A stretch of DNA of 64,000 nucleotides from Oscillospiraceae bacterium (GCA_015065455.1 SVQI01000008.1:716-64715), one strand, 5' to 3'; counted from the first letter of the stretch, positions 45,147 to 55,670 are shown. Numbers and translations are program-made. Notes: generated by a model not told the origin, from the letters alone.

Positions 45147-46385
45147 TCAATTATCAGAAAACGAGCTTCTCATAATATCTCCCGTCTTCACCTCAAAGGG
45201 TACCTTTACGTATACGTACATTCCGGGGTGTGGGGCAGAGTCGATAGGTTCAAGCTTTTCATTGTATATCTCTTCGACGGTAAATTTTTGACCGACCTTA
45301 CCGGGTGAAAGAATTTCAGCAACGTCGCCAACCTTAAATTTATTTCTTTGTCTGAAGTAATAAAGATTTCCCGATACATCAGCACCTTCAGATACAGCAA
45401 AATAAGACTGCTCACAAACGTTTTTGTTGCCTGAGCTAATATTGGCTTCTTCGTTTACTTTATCATAAAAGAAGCCTGTTGAGTATTCTCTGTGGCTTAC
45501 GCTTTCGAGCTCTCTTTTCCAAAGCGGATTATAAGTATAGTTTTCTTTATCGGAAATATAGCTGTCGATAGCCATTCTGTAAGCATTTGTAACACAAGCG
45601 GTATAATAAGCGCTTCTCATTCTGCCTTCAATTTTAAAGCAGTCGATTCCGGCTTCCATCAAATCGGGTATATGTTCGATCATACACATATCCTTTGACG
45701 CCATAATAAACGTACCCTGTTCTGTTTCAATAACAGGCATTCTTTCGTCGGGTCGTTTTTCTTCTTCGATTTCATACATTTTATAGTTCCAGCGGCAAGG
45801 CTGTGAACAAGCGCCTCTGTTAGCGTCTCTGTTATTCAGATTTCCCGAAATAAGACATCTTCCGCTATATGAAATACACATTGAGCCGTGAATAAAGCAT
45901 TCAAGCTCAAGCTCGGGGGATATTCTTTTCCTTATCTCTCTTATCTCGTCAAAGCTGAGCTCTCTTGCAAGAACTATTCTCGATGCGCCCATCTTATGCC
46001 ATGCGTTGCAGGAAGCGTGGCTGACAGTATTCGCCTGAGTTGATATATGTATCTCCATTTTCGGAAGCACTCTTCTCACGGTTTCAAAAACACCAATATC
46101 GGAAACTATCAAAGCGTCAATTCCCGCATCTCTGATATTGCACAAATACTGTTCGAGCATATCATACTCATACCAATGGGGCATAGTGTTTACTGTCAGG
46201 TAAACTTTTTTGCCAAGCGAGTGGGCGTATCTCACAGCTTCAAAAATACCTTCAACGTCAAAGTTAGTCGCAAATGCGCGCATACCAAAAATATTACCCG
46301 CCATATACACGGCATCGGCGCCGTAAAGACAAGCGCTTTTTAATTTTTCCATATCTCCCGCAGGGGATAATAGTTCAATACTCAT
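45147..46385 (-). CDS. peptidase U32 family protein
   Basis: MSIELLSPAGD N-terminus. E-x-F-x-H-G-x-x-C-x-x-x-S-G-x-C signature (ECFIHGSMCISYSGRC). Confidence 0.85.
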   Translation of the reverse strand: MSIELLSPAGDMEKLKSACLYGADAVYMAGNIFGMRAFATNFDVEGIFEAVRYAHSLGKKVYLTVNTMPHWYEYDMLEQYLCNIRDAGIDALIVSDIGVFETVRRVLPKMEIHISTQANTVSHASCNAWHKMGASRIVLARELSFDEIREIRKRISPELELECFIHGSMCISYSGRCLISGNLNNRDANRGACSQPCRWNYKMYEIEEEKRPDERMPVIETEQGTFIMASKDMCMIEHIPDLMEAGIDCFKIEGRMRSAYYTACVTNAYRMAIDSYISDKENYTYNPLWKRELESVSHREYSTGFFYDKVNEEANISSGNKNVCEQSYFAVSEGADVSGNLYYFRQRNKFKVGDVAEILSPGKVGQKFTVEEIYNEKLEPIDSAPHPGMYVYVKVPFEVKTGDIMRSSFSDN

Positions 46386-46440
46386 TATTTCACCTTTAAA
46401 TATATCCCCGTATATCACACGGGGATATATTATTATTTAA

Positions 46441-47898
46441 TTATTGTTCCTTTTTAAGAGCTTCCGATTCTGCGCGTACGGTAGCTATATTAGCCTCATG
46501 TTCGGGGTAGGTTTTAGCAAACAGCATATTACCTTTAACGTTTGATACAAAGAAGTAATATGAAGTTTTTTCAGGATAAAGAGCTCCTCTGATTGCTTTA
46601 AGTGTCGGATTGCTTATAGGGCCGGGGGGAAGTCCCGAGTTTTTATACGTATTATAGGGATGCTCAATAAGCGTATGCTCGTGTGTAAGGTTTTCTACGC
46701 GTTCTTCGAGCAGATACTGAATAGTGGAGTCGCAGTCGAGTCTGCGCATATAGTACGAGCTGTTAAGTCTGTTGTGTAATACGGAAGAAACAGTAGTATA
46801 TTCGCTTGAATACTTTGCTTCCATCTGTATAATAGAAGCCAAATTCACCACGTCATCAACGCTCATTCCCGCTTTTTCACATTCCTGCTTATACTGAATG
46901 TTGAATTTGTTGTGGAAATTTTTCAGCATCTTATCTATAATAACCGTTTCGTCGGATTCTTTGTAGAAGTAGTAGGTATCGGGATACAGATAACCCTCGA
47001 GTCTGTATTTTCTGTTAGGGTTAAGGTCCTTGAGCTCTTCAACAAACCAATAGTCATATTCGCCGTTCTGTATTGCGTTAATAAAACCTTCTTTTGTGCC
47101 TATGCCTTTTTCTTCAACGAGAAGTCTGATTATGTCGTCAACGGTATATCCCTCGGGGATAGTAACGGAAACCTCTGTCAAAGTATAATCTTTTTTTGCA
47201 ATAAAGGTAGACAAAAGCTCATCGTAGTTTTGAGAGGGTGAAACGGAAAACGTTCCGGAAAGATATTTTCCTGGGTCATTACCTCTTATCATAGTATAAA
47301 GTACGAAAATTTTCGGATATTTTATTACTTCCTTTTCGTGAAGCTCGTTTGCAATTTCACCGAGAGTTGCGTATTCGGGGATAGTAACCTCGGCTGTGCC
47401 GTCATCCTTAACGAAGGCAAAAACGTCATTTGCAACTACGATTATAAAATATGCGCACAGACATGAAACAAGGAGAACCACGGCAATATAAATCAAAGCC
47501 TTAGCGAGTACAGCGCCTACGTTTGCGCGTCCTTCGTCTGTGATGGGTTTAATCGGCTTAATCTTTTTTTCTTTCTTATCCTTTGGAACTTTTGGAACCA
47601 CAGGTTTTCTTTTTATGCCCGATGATGCACCGTATACTACCTTATTGGCAGGCACATCGGTAATTTTTTTTGCCTGTGTGTTTTCGGTGTGCTGAGGGGG
47701 ATTTTGAATGGGCGTTTTAGCGCTCAAGTCAGTATTTTCAACCTTCTTTAATTCGTCGGCTTTAGCTTTGCGGTGAGCGTCAAAGTCAAAAATATCGAGA
47801 TCGGAGTAATCCTCAGCCGTAGTATCGGCAACGGGATTACCGTCGATTTTAACGTCGTTATTTTCGACGGGCGTATTTTTAAAATTATTTTCGTTCAT
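46441..47898 (-). CDS. mltG: endolytic transglycosylase MltG (YceG-like) with a long N-terminal extension
   Basis: A TM segment is followed by the YceG domain (ASIIQMEA, YNTYKNSGLPPGPISNP). The ATG at 47898 is preferred over the TTG at 47916. Confidence 0.85.
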   Translation of the reverse strand: MNENNFKNTPVENNDVKIDGNPVADTTAEDYSDLDIFDFDAHRKAKADELKKVENTDLSAKTPIQNPPQHTENTQAKKITDVPANKVVYGASSGIKRKPVVPKVPKDKKEKKIKPIKPITDEGRANVGAVLAKALIYIAVVLLVSCLCAYFIIVVANDVFAFVKDDGTAEVTIPEYATLGEIANELHEKEVIKYPKIFVLYTMIRGNDPGKYLSGTFSVSPSQNYDELLSTFIAKKDYTLTEVSVTIPEGYTVDDIIRLLVEEKGIGTKEGFINAIQNGEYDYWFVEELKDLNPNRKYRLEGYLYPDTYYFYKESDETVIIDKMLKNFHNKFNIQYKQECEKAGMSVDDVVNLASIIQMEAKYSSEYTTVSSVLHNRLNSSYYMRRLDCDSTIQYLLEERVENLTHEHTLIEHPYNTYKNSGLPPGPISNPTLKAIRGALYPEKTSYYFFVSNVKGNMLFAKTYPEHEANIATVRAESEALKKEQ

Positions 47899-47950
47899 AT
47901 TATTTTCCTTTATCAAACAATATATATCAAAAAATAAACAGTAGCTTAAA

Positions 47951-48865
47951 TCAAAGTACCAGCGTCGCTATGAGGTACACAAGTATACAACCGAGAAAGC
48001 TTGGAGAAACAAGGGCTTCAAACAAAAGCTTTATTCCGCCCTCTCTCTTTTTTGCCTCGGGTGGAGATTCCTCGCCTTTTATTCCGGCTGTATAAAGAAT
48101 ATTCTCTGCTCCGTTAAATGATAACACAAGAAATACTATAAATAATGTCATAATAACGAACAAAAAGAAAATTAAACTGTTCGGTGACTTAATAACGTCC
48201 CATAAAATTGATTCAAAGAATATTGCATACAGATTATTTAGAAAGTGTAATAATATTGCCGCAAAAAGAGATTGTGTTATGTAAACGGCATAAGCGGTTA
48301 CAACGCCGCAGAAAAAGTATACGATAAACTGATTTAAATTAAAGTGCAGCATTGAGAACATTGCTGACGAAAGGAAAACTGCGGTAGCAACTCCGTAGCT
48401 TGAATATTCCGAGAGCAAAATTCCTCTGAAGATAAATTCTTCGGTGACAGCGGGAAGTATTGCAAACGTGATTACAATATAAATAAGGTTTGTCCAGCTG
48501 TCATTACCCATGGGGGAGAATGTGTTATACACTGAATAACCGTCGTTACTGCCGAAAATGTAGAAAGTGGCGGTATTGAGAAGTGTACTTCCAAAAATCA
48601 GAACTCCAAAGCAAGATGCAACAAACCACGCCTTGCGTGCGGAAAACTTTGTAATTCTCAAGCTTTTTGTGTTGTTTTCGGTTCGTATCTTGCAATAAAA
48701 CACTCCTGGGATAATAAAAATCAAAAGCTGTAAGATTATCATAGACAAGTAAACGTTGTCGTTTATCTGTAGGGACTCAAGCTTTATATATCTTGATAAA
48801 ATAAGGAGAACGTATATCACGAGCACAAGCAGGGGAGCTGTAAACGTGCTTTTAATTTTTTGCAA
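47951..48865 (-). CDS. CPBP family intramembrane glutamic endopeptidase
   Basis: EEFIFRG, FSMLHF and HFLNN motifs. Polytopic. Confidence 0.8.
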   Translation of the reverse strand: MQKIKSTFTAPLLVLVIYVLLILSRYIKLESLQINDNVYLSMIILQLLIFIIPGVFYCKIRTENNTKSLRITKFSARKAWFVASCFGVLIFGSTLLNTATFYIFGSNDGYSVYNTFSPMGNDSWTNLIYIVITFAILPAVTEEFIFRGILLSEYSSYGVATAVFLSSAMFSMLHFNLNQFIVYFFCGVVTAYAVYITQSLFAAILLHFLNNLYAIFFESILWDVIKSPNSLIFFLFVIMTLFIVFLVLSFNGAENILYTAGIKGEESPPEAKKREGGIKLLFEALVSPSFLGCILVYLIATLVL

Positions 48866-49439
48866 AAGATATCACTCCTTTTTCGGTAATAATCAAGTCG
48901 GATTTAAGGTCAAATTTTCCCTTTGGTATTTCGTCAAGTACAAAACCGCTGTATACAAGTCCTATCTTTATGCCCTTGAATTTTGAAAGAAATCTGTCGT
49001 AATATCCCTTTCCGTATCCAAGGCGGTAGCCTTTTTTGTCGTAAACGATTGCAGGAAGAATACAGATAGCGTTGTCCTGTCCGTTTTCATAAACGGGTAG
49101 GGTTTCAATAGGCTCTTTTATTCCGTATTTGCCCGATATAAGCTGTTCTTCGGAAGTAATGATATGGTATACCATTTCGTTCCCCTCGATACATCGCGGA
49201 TATGCAACCCTTTTTCCTTTTGATAATGCATCTTTGACTATGGCTGAGGTGTCTATTTCGTTTTTTAGTGGTGAATACAAGAGTATTGTATCAGCAAATC
49301 TGTATGAGCTGAGAGAAAGAAGCTTTTTGCAGATTTTTTCATCGTTAATTACCCTTTGTTCAGAGGGAACGTTTTTTCTTTTCTCTTTATACTCAGTTCT
49401 GATCTTGTTTTTTTCTTCTTTTATGTTAATACGTCTCAT
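48852..49439 (-). CDS. 5-formyltetrahydrofolate cyclo-ligase
   Basis: 195 aa. C-terminal GYGKGYYDRFL motif. Confidence 0.85.
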   Translation of the reverse strand: MRRINIKEEKNKIRTEYKEKRKNVPSEQRVINDEKICKKLLSLSSYRFADTILLYSPLKNEIDTSAIVKDALSKGKRVAYPRCIEGNEMVYHIITSEEQLISGKYGIKEPIETLPVYENGQDNAICILPAIVYDKKGYRLGYGKGYYDRFLSKFKGIKIGLVYSGFVLDEIPKGKFDLKSDLIITEKGVISFAKN

Positions 49440-49453
49440 CGTTTTGAATGTTT

Positions 49454-49993
49454 TTATGCAAATATTGCCTTTTTAATTTTATCTGCCGTATCTGCATCCT
49501 TAAGCGCTGTAATAAGAGCCGCCGAAAAATCAATCGATTTGCCCATACCCATAGCGGTAATAAAATTGCCGTCAACTACACAGCCCGACTGTGACAAATC
49601 AGCGCCCTTTAAATATTTTTCAAATCCCGGATAACAGGTTGCTTTTTTGCCGTCTAAAAGCCCTTTTTCGCCTAAGATACGGGGGGCTGCGCATATAGCG
49701 CATATATATTTGTTTTGTTCATTGGCTTTGTCAATAAACATCTGTACCTTTTGGTTTTCTCTGAGATTGTCAGCGCCGGGAAGACCGCCGGGAAGAACTA
49801 CCATATCAATATCTTCGATAGGGGTATTATCTATCGTTTGGTCTGCTATTACTTTTATTCCGTGAGCGCCGATAACTGTTTCGTCTTTGTTTATTGACAC
49901 CGATTTTACGGGAATTCCCGCACGTTTCAGCATATCTATTGGAGTCAGAGCCTCAATTTCTTCAAAGCCGTCTGCTAAAAATACGTATACCAT
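49454..49993 (-). CDS. DJ-1/PfpI family protein
   Basis: 179 aa with the nucleophile-elbow motif AICAAP. Confidence 0.85.
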   Translation of the reverse strand: MVYVFLADGFEEIEALTPIDMLKRAGIPVKSVSINKDETVIGAHGIKVIADQTIDNTPIEDIDMVVLPGGLPGADNLRENQKVQMFIDKANEQNKYICAICAAPRILGEKGLLDGKKATCYPGFEKYLKGADLSQSGCVVDGNFITAMGMGKSIDFSAALITALKDADTADKIKKAIFA

Positions 49994-50010
49994 AATATTA
50001 CTCCTTAAGA

Positions 50011-50673
50011 TTACAGTCCAAGGGCATTAACGATGTCTGCAAAAATATCATTTATAGCCCTCAGGTTGCCCTCGTCATCACAACAGTGAATAATGTCCCA
50101 GCCGAGCTTTTCGCTTGTATAGAGGGCAGCAGAATAGCTCTTTGTAAGATGTGTGTTGTCAGCTTCGTGGATATCCTTAACTCTGCCCGTCTGTTCCGAA
50201 CGGCTGTTTATAAGTGACATTGAAACTTTGGGGTTCATTTCAAGATAAATAACTCTATCGGGCGCGGGAAGTCCAATTTTTTTGAATTCAAAATCCCACA
50301 GCCATTCAAGGAAGTCGTTCCATTTTTCTCTGGGAAGCTTTGACAACTGATGCACCGCGTTAGCTGAAGTGTATCTGTTTGCAATTATATAGGTGTCGTC
50401 GTCAAGGTAATCCTTCGACCAGTCTGTGCGGTAGCTGTAATATCTGTCGAGAGCAAAGAACACCGATGCCGCGTAAGCGTTGGTATCCTCGGGATTTTTG
50501 CCAAGCTCTCCTTTTAAATAGATGTCAACGAACGTAGAGCCGCGACCGTCGTATGTGGGGAAAGAGAGTAGTCTGACCTTTTTTCCTTTTTCGGTCAGGT
50601 ATTTTATCAGCCTTTTGCTCTGCGTTTCTTTTCCGGAACCGTCAAGTCCGTCTATTGCTATAAGCTTTGCCAT
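50011..50673 (-). CDS. thymidylate kinase-like P-loop kinase
   Basis: IAIDGLDGSGKETQ P-loop. 220 aa. Whether it is the true Tmk or a paralog is unresolved. Confidence 0.6.
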   Translation of the reverse strand: MAKLIAIDGLDGSGKETQSKRLIKYLTEKGKKVRLLSFPTYDGRGSTFVDIYLKGELGKNPEDTNAYAASVFFALDRYYSYRTDWSKDYLDDDTYIIANRYTSANAVHQLSKLPREKWNDFLEWLWDFEFKKIGLPAPDRVIYLEMNPKVSMSLINSRSEQTGRVKDIHEADNTHLTKSYSAALYTSEKLGWDIIHCCDDEGNLRAINDIFADIVNALGL

Positions 50674-50700
50674 ATTCTTTCTCCTGTTTATAAAAATAAT

Positions 50701-53268
50701 TTAATCTTCCTGCTTGAATGCCATTTCCATATAATCCTGTCGGTTTATAAGAACTGAACGCGGCTTTTGACCCTCAGGAGCGCTTACAATGCCTCTTTGT
50801 TCCATCTTGTCAATAAGCTTTGCCGCTCTGCCGTATCCGATAGACAAACGTCTCTGCAAGAGGGAAGTGGATATTTTACCCGATTCAATAGCAAGCTCAA
50901 CGGCAGCTCTGAACAAGGGGTCGCCATCGTTATCTCCGTCGTCACCCTCGTGAGAGTGTGAGCCTTTGCCTTCACCGCATTTTGCCGCTTCTTTTTCGAT
51001 GCTTTCAATAACGGTTGAGTCATACGAGCTGACGCCGCTGTTGGTTTTTATAAAGTCAATTATTTTTTCAATTTCCGATTCGCTGACAAAAGAACCCTGA
51101 ACACGCGCAGGTTTTGAGAAACCTACGGGCGCATAAAGCATATCGCCTCGGCCGATAAGTTTTTCGGCGCCGGCAATATCAATGATTGTACGTGAGTCAA
51201 CCTGAGATGCCATAGTAAAAGCAATTCTTGACGGTACGTTAGCCTTAATAAGACCTGTTACAACGTCAACTGAAGGTCTCTGTGTACCGATAACGAGGTG
51301 CATACCCGCAGCTCTCGCCTTTTGGGCAAGTCGGCATATAGAGTCTTCTACCTCTTTGGGAGCTGTCATCATGAGGTCAGCAAGCTCGTCTATTACTATA
51401 ACTATCTGAGGTAAAAATTCCTTTTCGGGATCGTCTTTTGTAATTCTGTTATAGCTTGCAATATCACGGACTCCAACCTCTTCAATAAGTTCAAATCGTC
51501 TGTCCATTTCAGTAACTGCCCAATGTAAGCTTCCTGCTGCTTTCTTGGGGTCGGTAACTACCGGTACGAGAAGGTGGGGAAGGCCGTTATATATGCTGAG
51601 CTCAACTTTCTTAGGGTCGATAAGTATAAGCTTTACTTCATCTGGGGTAGCCTTGTAGAGAAGGCTTACTATCATAGCGTTGATGCATACCGATTTACCC
51701 ATACCGGTAGCACCTGCGATAAGTAAGTGGGGCATTTTTGCGATATCAAGATAAATAGGTGTTCCCGCAACGTCCATACCTAATGCAACGGTAACGCGGC
51801 TCTTTGCCGTTCTGAACTGTTGGGTATCAATAAGCTCTTTTAGATAAACGGTAGAAACGTTTTTATTTGGAACTTCAATTCCTACAGCCGCCTTACCCGG
51901 AATGGGAGCTTCGATTCTGACACCCGACGTAGCAAGGCTGAGGGAGATATCGTCAACGAGGTTTGCAATAGTACGTACTCTTACGCCTTCTTCGGGCGCA
52001 AGCTCGTATCTTGTGATTGACGGACCTCTGGAAACGTCGATTATTCTTGTTTTAACCTTAAAGCTGCGGAGTGTTTCAACAAGCTTTATTGCCGTTGAAC
52101 GCATTTCTTCGCTTACGTCTTCGTTCTTAACGTTATTTTCCTGCTTAAGAAGATTGATAGGCGGATAAATATATTCTCTTACGGGCTGAACCTCTTTTTG
52201 CGCGGGTTCTGATTTTTCTTCCTTAATCTGCTTACGTTCAACCATAAGCTCGATTTCCTTAGCGTCGGGAACGCTTCCGTCAACTGCCGACGAGGGAACG
52301 TTTTCGTTTTCGGATGAATTGAATATTCCGTCAAGGTTAATATCCTTGTTTGCTTTGTTCATGGGAGATAACGATTCTTTTCTTGCCTTGTTAACGTTTT
52401 CAGCAAGGTCGTCAAGCGGAATATCGGGATTAAAGGGGGGCTCGTCGGTAAGAGCTACGTCAAGCTCATTCTTTTTGCGCTGTCTTTCGCGCAGAGCTTC
52501 ATCGTAAGCGGACAGGTCTACGGGAGACTGCTGTTCGTCGGGTTCAAGTGCTGTTTCGTCTATCTTCAATTTACGCTTGTCCTTAGGGCTGTGCCATACC
52601 TTTTGTTCGTCGTAGTCGATTTCATAGCTGTTAAGCTTATCCTTGCCCTCGCGAAGTTTTTCTCTTATAAATACGATAACAGAAAAGGGGGTAAGGCCGA
52701 ATATAAACGTCGAGAAAATAACAAGTACGGGAATAAATATGCAAAGCGTAAGAGTTTTGTCAACTCCTGCGACGAAGAGTTTAGAAATAAATCCTCCAAC
52801 CAAGCCGCCTCCAAGCCAGTCGTTTCCGTCTGACCATAGGGTTGCAATATTAAGAGTGAGGTCGTCTTTCGGAATGGCTATAACGTGGATTATAACTGAA
52901 AGCGAAACGAGAACGAACGCCGATGATACGAGTTTAAAAATAACTGAGTTTGTTTTTATACTTTTTCTCCACAAAATAGCCTGAACAAATATAAGAAAAG
53001 GAATTGATGCCGCCGCCGAGCCAAAAAAACCGCACAGCAAGGGGTTAAGCATCTTGCCGATAAAGCCGGAATGGTCTTTGAATATAAGACAAAACATAAC
53101 CGCAAACGCAAGAAGACCCCATACGTACGGCAGTATCTGATTTAAAACACTGTCGGGGTTGTTGTTGCGTTTTTTTACAGGTTTAAGCTCGGGTTGGTTT
53201 TTTGCAACGGTCTTTTTTGCGGGAGCTTTTTTACTTGTTTTTTTAACAGTCTTTTTGTAAGTTGGCAT
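50701..53268 (-). CDS. ftsK: DNA translocase FtsK/SpoIIIE
   Basis: 855 aa. N-terminal TM segments, Walker A GATGMGKS and a C-terminal gamma winged-helix domain. Confidence 0.93.
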   Translation of the reverse strand: MPTYKKTVKKTSKKAPAKKTVAKNQPELKPVKKRNNNPDSVLNQILPYVWGLLAFAVMFCLIFKDHSGFIGKMLNPLLCGFFGSAAASIPFLIFVQAILWRKSIKTNSVIFKLVSSAFVLVSLSVIIHVIAIPKDDLTLNIATLWSDGNDWLGGGLVGGFISKLFVAGVDKTLTLCIFIPVLVIFSTFIFGLTPFSVIVFIREKLREGKDKLNSYEIDYDEQKVWHSPKDKRKLKIDETALEPDEQQSPVDLSAYDEALRERQRKKNELDVALTDEPPFNPDIPLDDLAENVNKARKESLSPMNKANKDINLDGIFNSSENENVPSSAVDGSVPDAKEIELMVERKQIKEEKSEPAQKEVQPVREYIYPPINLLKQENNVKNEDVSEEMRSTAIKLVETLRSFKVKTRIIDVSRGPSITRYELAPEEGVRVRTIANLVDDISLSLATSGVRIEAPIPGKAAVGIEVPNKNVSTVYLKELIDTQQFRTAKSRVTVALGMDVAGTPIYLDIAKMPHLLIAGATGMGKSVCINAMIVSLLYKATPDEVKLILIDPKKVELSIYNGLPHLLVPVVTDPKKAAGSLHWAVTEMDRRFELIEEVGVRDIASYNRITKDDPEKEFLPQIVIVIDELADLMMTAPKEVEDSICRLAQKARAAGMHLVIGTQRPSVDVVTGLIKANVPSRIAFTMASQVDSRTIIDIAGAEKLIGRGDMLYAPVGFSKPARVQGSFVSESEIEKIIDFIKTNSGVSSYDSTVIESIEKEAAKCGEGKGSHSHEGDDGDNDGDPLFRAAVELAIESGKISTSLLQRRLSIGYGRAAKLIDKMEQRGIVSAPEGQKPRSVLINRQDYMEMAFKQED

Positions 53269-53292
53269 TATAATTCCTCGCTTGTGTGTTTA

Positions 53293-54120
53293 TTAGCCGA
53301 ATATTATTGCAAGAATACCTATTACAAAGCAATAATATGAGAACATTCTGAAGTTTGATTTTCTTGATATGTAAATTAAAAATTTCATTGCCAATATTCC
53401 AACAACTGCTGCTGATATTGCGCCTGCAATATATGGAATAACGTCTGTTTTTGCAATCGGATTTTCAAAAATGTCTGCAAATGAGAGAAGGTTTGCGCCA
53501 ATAATTGCGGGGATTGAAAGAATAAAGGAGAACTTAACTGCATATTCGCGCTTGAATCCCATCAAGAGACCACCCGTGATAGTAGAGCCCGAACGAGAAA
53601 GACCGGGAACTATTGCGCACATCTGGCAAAGCCCGACGAAAAGCGCGTTCTTGGGTTTTGTGTTTTCGAGAGAAACAGTTCCTCTTTCGAGCTTATCGGA
53701 AATAAAGAGAACGATACCGTTAAAAATAAGTATACCGCCTATTATTTTTGTGTAATTGCCAAGAAGCTCAATGTAGTCTTTTATGAATACGGCTAAAACA
53801 AGGGGAAGTGTTGCAATAATAACGAAGATAACGAATCTTTCGTTTTCTGTGTATTCGGAAAGCTTGAATTTACCCTTGAATACTTTGCCAAGCATTGTAA
53901 AAGCGGCAGGGACAAGAGAAAATATATCTTTGTAGTAAACGATAAATACCGCTATAAGCGTTCCGAGGTGAAGAAGAATGTCAAAAGTGAAATGATTAGC
54001 TTCAACGTTGCTCATTCCGAATACGTTCTGCGCTATTGCAAGATGCGCTGAACTTGAAACGGGAAGAAATTCGGTAATGCCTTGAATTATACCGTAAAAA
54101 ATTGCAGAAAATATGTTCAT
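53293..54120 (-). CDS. uppP: undecaprenyl-diphosphate phosphatase
   Basis: GIIQGITEFLPVSSSAHL and PGLSRSGSTI motifs. Start trimmed to MNIFSAIF. Confidence 0.9.
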   Translation of the reverse strand: MNIFSAIFYGIIQGITEFLPVSSSAHLAIAQNVFGMSNVEANHFTFDILLHLGTLIAVFIVYYKDIFSLVPAAFTMLGKVFKGKFKLSEYTENERFVIFVIIATLPLVLAVFIKDYIELLGNYTKIIGGILIFNGIVLFISDKLERGTVSLENTKPKNALFVGLCQMCAIVPGLSRSGSTITGGLLMGFKREYAVKFSFILSIPAIIGANLLSFADIFENPIAKTDVIPYIAGAISAAVVGILAMKFLIYISRKSNFRMFSYYCFVIGILAIIFG

Positions 54121-54227
54121 ATTGCTACCTCGATAAATATAGTCATATATAATATATAATAACATAATAAACATAAAATTACAATAGTAACGGTATAAAA
54201 AGCTTGGAAAACAAGGAGAAAACAAAT

Positions 54228-54587
54228 ATGGATATCTGGAAATTAGCGTGTGTGGGATTGTCTGCAGGATTTATAAACGGACTTTTGGGAACAGGAGGGG
54301 GAATAGTGTTAGTTTTTGCTTTGGACAAGCTTTTGAAGGGAAAAGACGGTAAGGATATTTTTGCTATGACGCTGACTGTAACTCTATCAATGTCGATAGT
54401 GTCGGCGTTTGTTTATTATCTGAAGGGAAGACTTGATTTTAGCACAGGTATAGGATACGGGATTGCGGCGATACCCGGAGGTGTTGTCGGGGCGTATTTA
54501 CTCAATAAGTTAAAAACGGAAACGGTAAAAAAGGTGTTTGGTGTACTCGTAATATGGGTCGGACTGAATATGGCGGGGGTGGTGTAG
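54228..54587 (+). CDS. TauE/SafE-family membrane protein, half-size (N half)
   Basis: About 119 aa with about 4 TM segments. GLLGTGGGIVLV motif. Confidence 0.65.
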   Translation: MDIWKLACVGLSAGFINGLLGTGGGIVLVFALDKLLKGKDGKDIFAMTLTVTLSMSIVSAFVYYLKGRLDFSTGIGYGIAAIPGGVVGAYLLNKLKTETVKKVFGVLVIWVGLNMAGVV

Positions 54588-54950
54588 GTGATTTTGGTAA
54601 TAGATTTTTTTGCAGGAATGATTATATCGATTCTTGCGGGAATGGGAATCGGTGGCGGAGGACTTCTGGTACTTTATTTGGTGTACGTTAAAAATATGGA
54701 GCAGATTTCAGCGCAGGGGATAAATTTACTGTTTTTTATTTTTGCGGCAGTATCTTCTTTGTTATATCACAGAAAAAAGAGGGATATGGATTACAAAATG
54801 TGCCTGAAGTTGATGGCGTTTGGCGCTATGGGGGCAATATTAGGCGCTCTGACGGCTCAATTTTTAGACGGTGGGGTAATCAGAAAGATGTTCGGGTGGC
54901 TTCTAATAACGTCAGGAAGTATAAGTTTGCTGAAAAAGAAAAAAGAATAA
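54588..54950 (+). CDS. TauE/SafE-family membrane protein, half-size (C half)
   Basis: 120 aa with about 4 TM segments. GMGIGGGGLLVL motif. The GTG start abuts the stop of the previous gene. Confidence 0.65.
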   Translation: MILVIDFFAGMIISILAGMGIGGGGLLVLYLVYVKNMEQISAQGINLLFFIFAAVSSLLYHRKKRDMDYKMCLKLMAFGAMGAILGALTAQFLDGGVIRKMFGWLLITSGSISLLKKKKE

Positions 54951-54969
54951 ATTTTTTTGCAAGAAGGGG

Positions 54970-54998
54970 TTGACATAGGAGAAAGAATATGGTATTAT
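54970..54998 (+). promoter_or_regulatory. sigma-A promoter of rplJL
   Basis: TTGACA, a 17-nt spacer, then TG-g-TATTAT. Confidence 0.6.
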
Positions 54999-55004
54999 AC
55001 TTGG

Positions 55005-55139
55005 GTAATCTAAAGACAGCAGGTAACACGATAAATCCTGCCGAGGATAACAAACATTCAAATATTGATTGGTTTGCTTTCTTTCGGTGCATTTTTGTGG
55101 ACACTGCGAGAAAGCATTTTTTATCAGGAGGTGAAAAAC
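55005..55139 (+). ncRNA. ribosomal protein L10 leader with an attenuator terminator
   Basis: It lies between the promoter and rplJ. It has an AGACAGCAGG...CCTGCCGAGG helix and a TGCTTTCTTTCG...CGAGAAAGCA hairpin plus T6 at 55075-55122. This architecture matches the known L10 leader of Firmicutes. Confidence 0.6.
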
Positions 55140-55670
55140 ATGCCGAGCGCAAAAATATTGGAACAAAAGAAAGCCGTTGTAGCAGAACTTACAGAAAAGA
55201 TTAAGAACGCTACCGCAGGTGTTGTTGTAAACTATTCCGGTATCACAGTTGAAAACGATACAAAGCTTCGTGCAGAACTCCGTAAAGCCAATGTTGAATA
55301 TAAAGTATATAAGAACACTTTGACAGCAAGAGCTTGCGAAGAGGCAGGTTTGGAAGGACTTAAGGACCAGTTCGAAGGTATGACAGCTATAGCAATCAGT
55401 TCGGAAGACCCGATTGCACCCGCGAAGATTCTTAAGGAATATGCTGACAAAATTGAAACATTTGAAATTAAAGCAGGTTTCCTTGATGGCGCGGTAATGG
55501 ACAAGGAGCAGGTACTTGCACTTGCAGACATTCCGTCAAAAGAAATTCTTATCGGACGTATTGTGGGCAGTCTTATGTCATCGCTTTATGGCTTTGCATA
55601 CGGTTTGCAGGCAATTATCGACAAGAACGGCGAAGGCGCTGCTGAAGCAGCAGAAACAACAGAAGCATAA
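55140..55670 (+). CDS. rplJ: 50S ribosomal protein L10
   Basis: MPSAKILEQKKAVVAELTEKIK. AGGAGG RBS. Confidence 0.96.
   Translation: MPSAKILEQKKAVVAELTEKIKNATAGVVVNYSGITVENDTKLRAELRKANVEYKVYKNTLTARACEEAGLEGLKDQFEGMTAIAISSEDPIAPAKILKEYADKIETFEIKAGFLDGAVMDKEQVLALADIPSKEILIGRIVGSLMSSLYGFAYGLQAIIDKNGEGAAEAAETTEA

Noticed and set aside
55065-55139. An N-terminal extension of rplJ, from the ORF-track start at 55065. Similar upstream extensions exist for rplF (31428), rpsQ (29117), htpG (39940), uppP (54225), abrB (22623), spmB (23264), the U32 gene (46418), polA (16032), the PPTase gene (12231) and an ABC gene (62637).
   Set aside because: In each case the extension overlaps a leader, terminator or neighbouring gene and lacks an RBS. 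An internal ATG or GTG with a good Shine-Dalgarno matches the canonical N-terminus, so the starts were trimmed.
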